A stretch of DNA of 59,871 nt, counting the filler, from Catajapyx aquilonaris (lineage: Eukaryota), in the NCBI GenBank assembly GCA_000934665.2. It is 3 parts of 3 records of this genome, joined end to end, with 100 filler letters (N's around TTAATTAATTAA, not from the genome) between each part and the next. Parts side by side here need not be neighbours in the genome. Positions count along the whole stretch, not along the records: positions 39,992 to 59,871 come from KZ539525.1; 2 more parts are not named here. One strand, given 5' to 3'. The notes below the pieces were generated by a model, which saw only the letters and a program-made list of their open reading frames with translations, was not told the DNA's origin and made no database searches. Shown here in pieces: positions 58,177 through 59,871 of this stretch (positions are counted from its first letter, which is position 1; each line of letters starts with the position of its first letter). A program made the translations under genes and the position numbers.

Positions 58177-58406
58177 GAGCAGCAGTACTACAGAAAAAAG
58201 AAGACACCTGATGAATAGAATACAGTATTTATCAAAAATGACAATTACAACAGCAATCACATAACAAGTATTACTTCATGCACACCAACAACTCACTTTG
58301 GATCCTGCAATTCCTTTTTACGTAGGACGTCTAGGATCTCTTTGGCTCGTAAACTCACTTGAGCCTTCATGGCTTGTCGATCAAGCTTCACCAACACATA
58401 CTCCAC
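47155..58406 (-). CDS. Gclc: Glutamate-cysteine ligase catalytic subunit (canonical), 5'-partial; exons 58406-58297, 57502-57317, 57012-56840, 51222-51065, 50416-50354, 50280-50084, 49893-49664, 49390-48868, 47326-47155
   Basis: [129 protein letters not shown]. Phases are consistent (1812 nt). Exon 1 was not found in the window. Confidence 0.97.
48197..48538. mobile_element. MITE spanning an assembly gap (N 48224-48414)
   Basis: ggggttgtgcaaataccacg ... cgtggtatttgcacggcccc imperfect TIRs on either side of the gap. Confidence 0.6.
51403..51723. mobile_element. Tigger/pogo-like MITE
   Basis: TA-CACTGTACTCCC ... GGGAGTACAGTG-TA. Confidence 0.8.
52094..52415 (-). mobile_element. tRNA-derived SINE family A, copy 3
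   Basis: Head and body homologous to the copies at 29790, 31424 and 54511; B-box region degraded. Confidence 0.85.
52492..52754 (-). mobile_element. tRNA-derived SINE with a V-domain-like core (family C)
   Basis: Head GGTGGTGTAGTGGTTAGAG...GAGTTTAATCCC, followed by GTTCTCTCCTTGTTTGCGTGGGTTTCTCGGGGCTCTCCTGTTTCCTCCCACAATCAAAAC; (ATT)n tail. Confidence 0.75.
53409..53713 (+). mobile_element. tRNA-derived SINE family B, copy 2
   Basis: Near-identical to 35938-36228; TSD tatgtaaaggtatt. Confidence 0.9.
53897..55249 (-). mobile_element. Rearranged mariner remnant with an internal inversion and an inserted SINE
   Basis: TIRs CGAGGTGCTAACTCAAAAGTTTG / CAAACTTTTGGGTAGCACCTCA. The C-terminus [22 protein letters not shown]...GDYFEG is on the minus strand, with an inverted duplicate ([16 protein letters not shown]) on plus at ~54320-54400. 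An N-terminal remnant lies at ~54930-55040. Confidence 0.85.
54511..54920 (+). mobile_element. tRNA-derived SINE family A, copy 4
   Basis: Same head and body; (AAT)n(ATT)n tail; TSD-like tacttgta. Confidence 0.9.
55923..56630. mobile_element. Foldback mariner derivative made of two inverted 3' ends
   Basis: ~270-bp inverted arms with TA flanks; the right half encodes [22 protein letters not shown] (a YSPDLAPxD-type mariner C-terminus). Confidence 0.85.
58113..58176. repeat. (ATT)n microsatellite
   Basis: About 21 consecutive ATT units. Confidence 0.95.
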
Positions 58407-59748
58407 CTGTCCACAAATTGAATTCTCATTAGTCCAAGTCCCACCAATTTAATCAATGTGTCCTAATCAATTTCTATCAGCACCTGTTACGTAATACCAC
58501 TTTAACAAAACATGCTCCCCCAACAAGTGGCAACGTAGGGCGGCTTACATCAAAGGAGAGAAGAGGAGTGCTTGGGCGGGAATAGTGACAGGTGTTGCAT
58601 GCAAGCAACAGCCCCCTCCCGGCCTCCCCCTTACTCCCCCAAACACTGCCATTTCAAAAAAAGATGGGATAAAAAAGTTCTAGGAACTCATGAGGAAACT
58701 GTAGACAAGAGGGTGGTGTGGTGGGTTTTGGAGTGACAGGCCAAGTTTTCAACCTGCCAAGGCCACCTATCCATCTCCTCACACCATAGTCTATGCAGGC
58801 CCATCCTGTAGCATTCCATGATTATGTGTCAAGCAAGGTCACAGCAGATCCGTAATAGTAATTGTTCCAGAATTTTCTCACAGGCTGTTCACAGCAACTT
58901 AATTTATTTTGGGATATCCTATTGCACATCCTGGTTTTCTTCAGCACAAGGGTCACTGCTGCATCCTTATCTAAATTTTGTAAAGTGTTGACCTAAAACT
59001 GGCATGCAAAAGCACACTGAACATCCCATGTGTTGCATAACCTGTGATAATATGCTATGAGTAAGAAGTTGCCAGACTTATTTTCTCTGTGCAGACAACT
59101 TAAAACAGTGTAATTGTGACCCTTTATCCCAATGATCTCACAATATACTTTTACAATTGACCTATGGCACAGCACAATATGATTGGTCAGTCAGTAATCA
59201 TCTGACCTTAAGTCATATCTTTTATAGTCTGTTGCTTTGCAACCTCGATAGCAGAAGTTGAAAGAACGTAAACTTTGAAAGACTGGGATGAAATCTTATT
59301 GCCCAATGGTTCACCTGCATTGCACTCAACCTGAAGATATTTACTTTCTCCATATTACATAAGGCTTATTCAAGGTCTAAAGCAACAAGTAAGGGCAATT
59401 AGTGGTATTATGTAATTACCACGTGCCGCCTAGAGCATACCTAAGCTGTATCTAATAATCTCTCCATTCCATAAATATTATTACCAGCTGACTAAACTGA
59501 ATTATGACATTCACATGTGGCTGACACTAATCTGATTTTCAATCACATTTTCATAACAATCCAAGTAGATACTTAACTTTGTTTAGTAAAAATAAAAAGT
59601 CACTGTTTCATGAGTCCCCGCTCTCAATAAAAGGTTAAGTGCAATACAGGGATGAACCACAATTATTGAGAAGTACTCCACAGTTTTTAGATGAGGATAA
59701 GAAGGGTATACTTCATATTTCTGCTGCATCATGTTATGATTCAATATT

Positions 59749-59826
59749 TCGACGCCTAAGAATTATATTGTCGCATGTCCAATGGACTTCCATTGGACAT
59801 ACGACAATATAATTCTTAGGCGTCGA
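59749..59826. repeat. 78-bp near-perfect palindrome in Gclc intron 1
   Basis: TCGACGCCTAAGAATTATATTGTCGCATGTCCAATGGA-CT-TCCATTGGACATACGACAATATAATTCTTAGGCGTCGA, one mismatch. Confidence 0.95.
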
Positions 59827-59871
59827 TTTGTTTGCTGTCAGTCACACACAAATTTGACACACCCTTTTATA

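Overview
Eukaryotic, intron-rich, repeat-rich DNA, most likely from an arthropod (divergent ionotropic receptors, tRNA-derived SINEs, mariner/Kolobok/Transib elements). It is not one locus: two 100-nt N-TTAATTAATTAA-N linkers (19882-19981, 39892-39991) join three ~19.9-kb fragments. Gene models were built by hand from GT/AG boundaries with reading-phase checks. Fragment 1 holds a complete 3-exon divergent ionotropic receptor, a 12-exon ~952-aa coiled-coil gene resembling the centriolar protein Moonraker/KIAA0753, a highly divergent 501-aa beta-type tubulin with an altered GTP site and long tail, and a second 5'-truncated IR. Fragment 2 holds a 3-exon NSD/Mes-4-derived gene (PWWP-HMG-like-PHD-PHD-PWWP) that stops before the SET domain, with introns and flanks full of nested transposons, including a Transib-like element with RSS-like ends. 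Fragment 3 holds a canonical GCLC (exon 1 outside the window) and, ~650 bp downstream, an intact but very divergent GCLC paralog. That paralog keeps the metal/ATP/glutamate catalytic residues but has a remodelled cysteine pocket, so it is a candidate new gamma-glutamyl ligase. Homology calls come from recalled motifs, not database searches.
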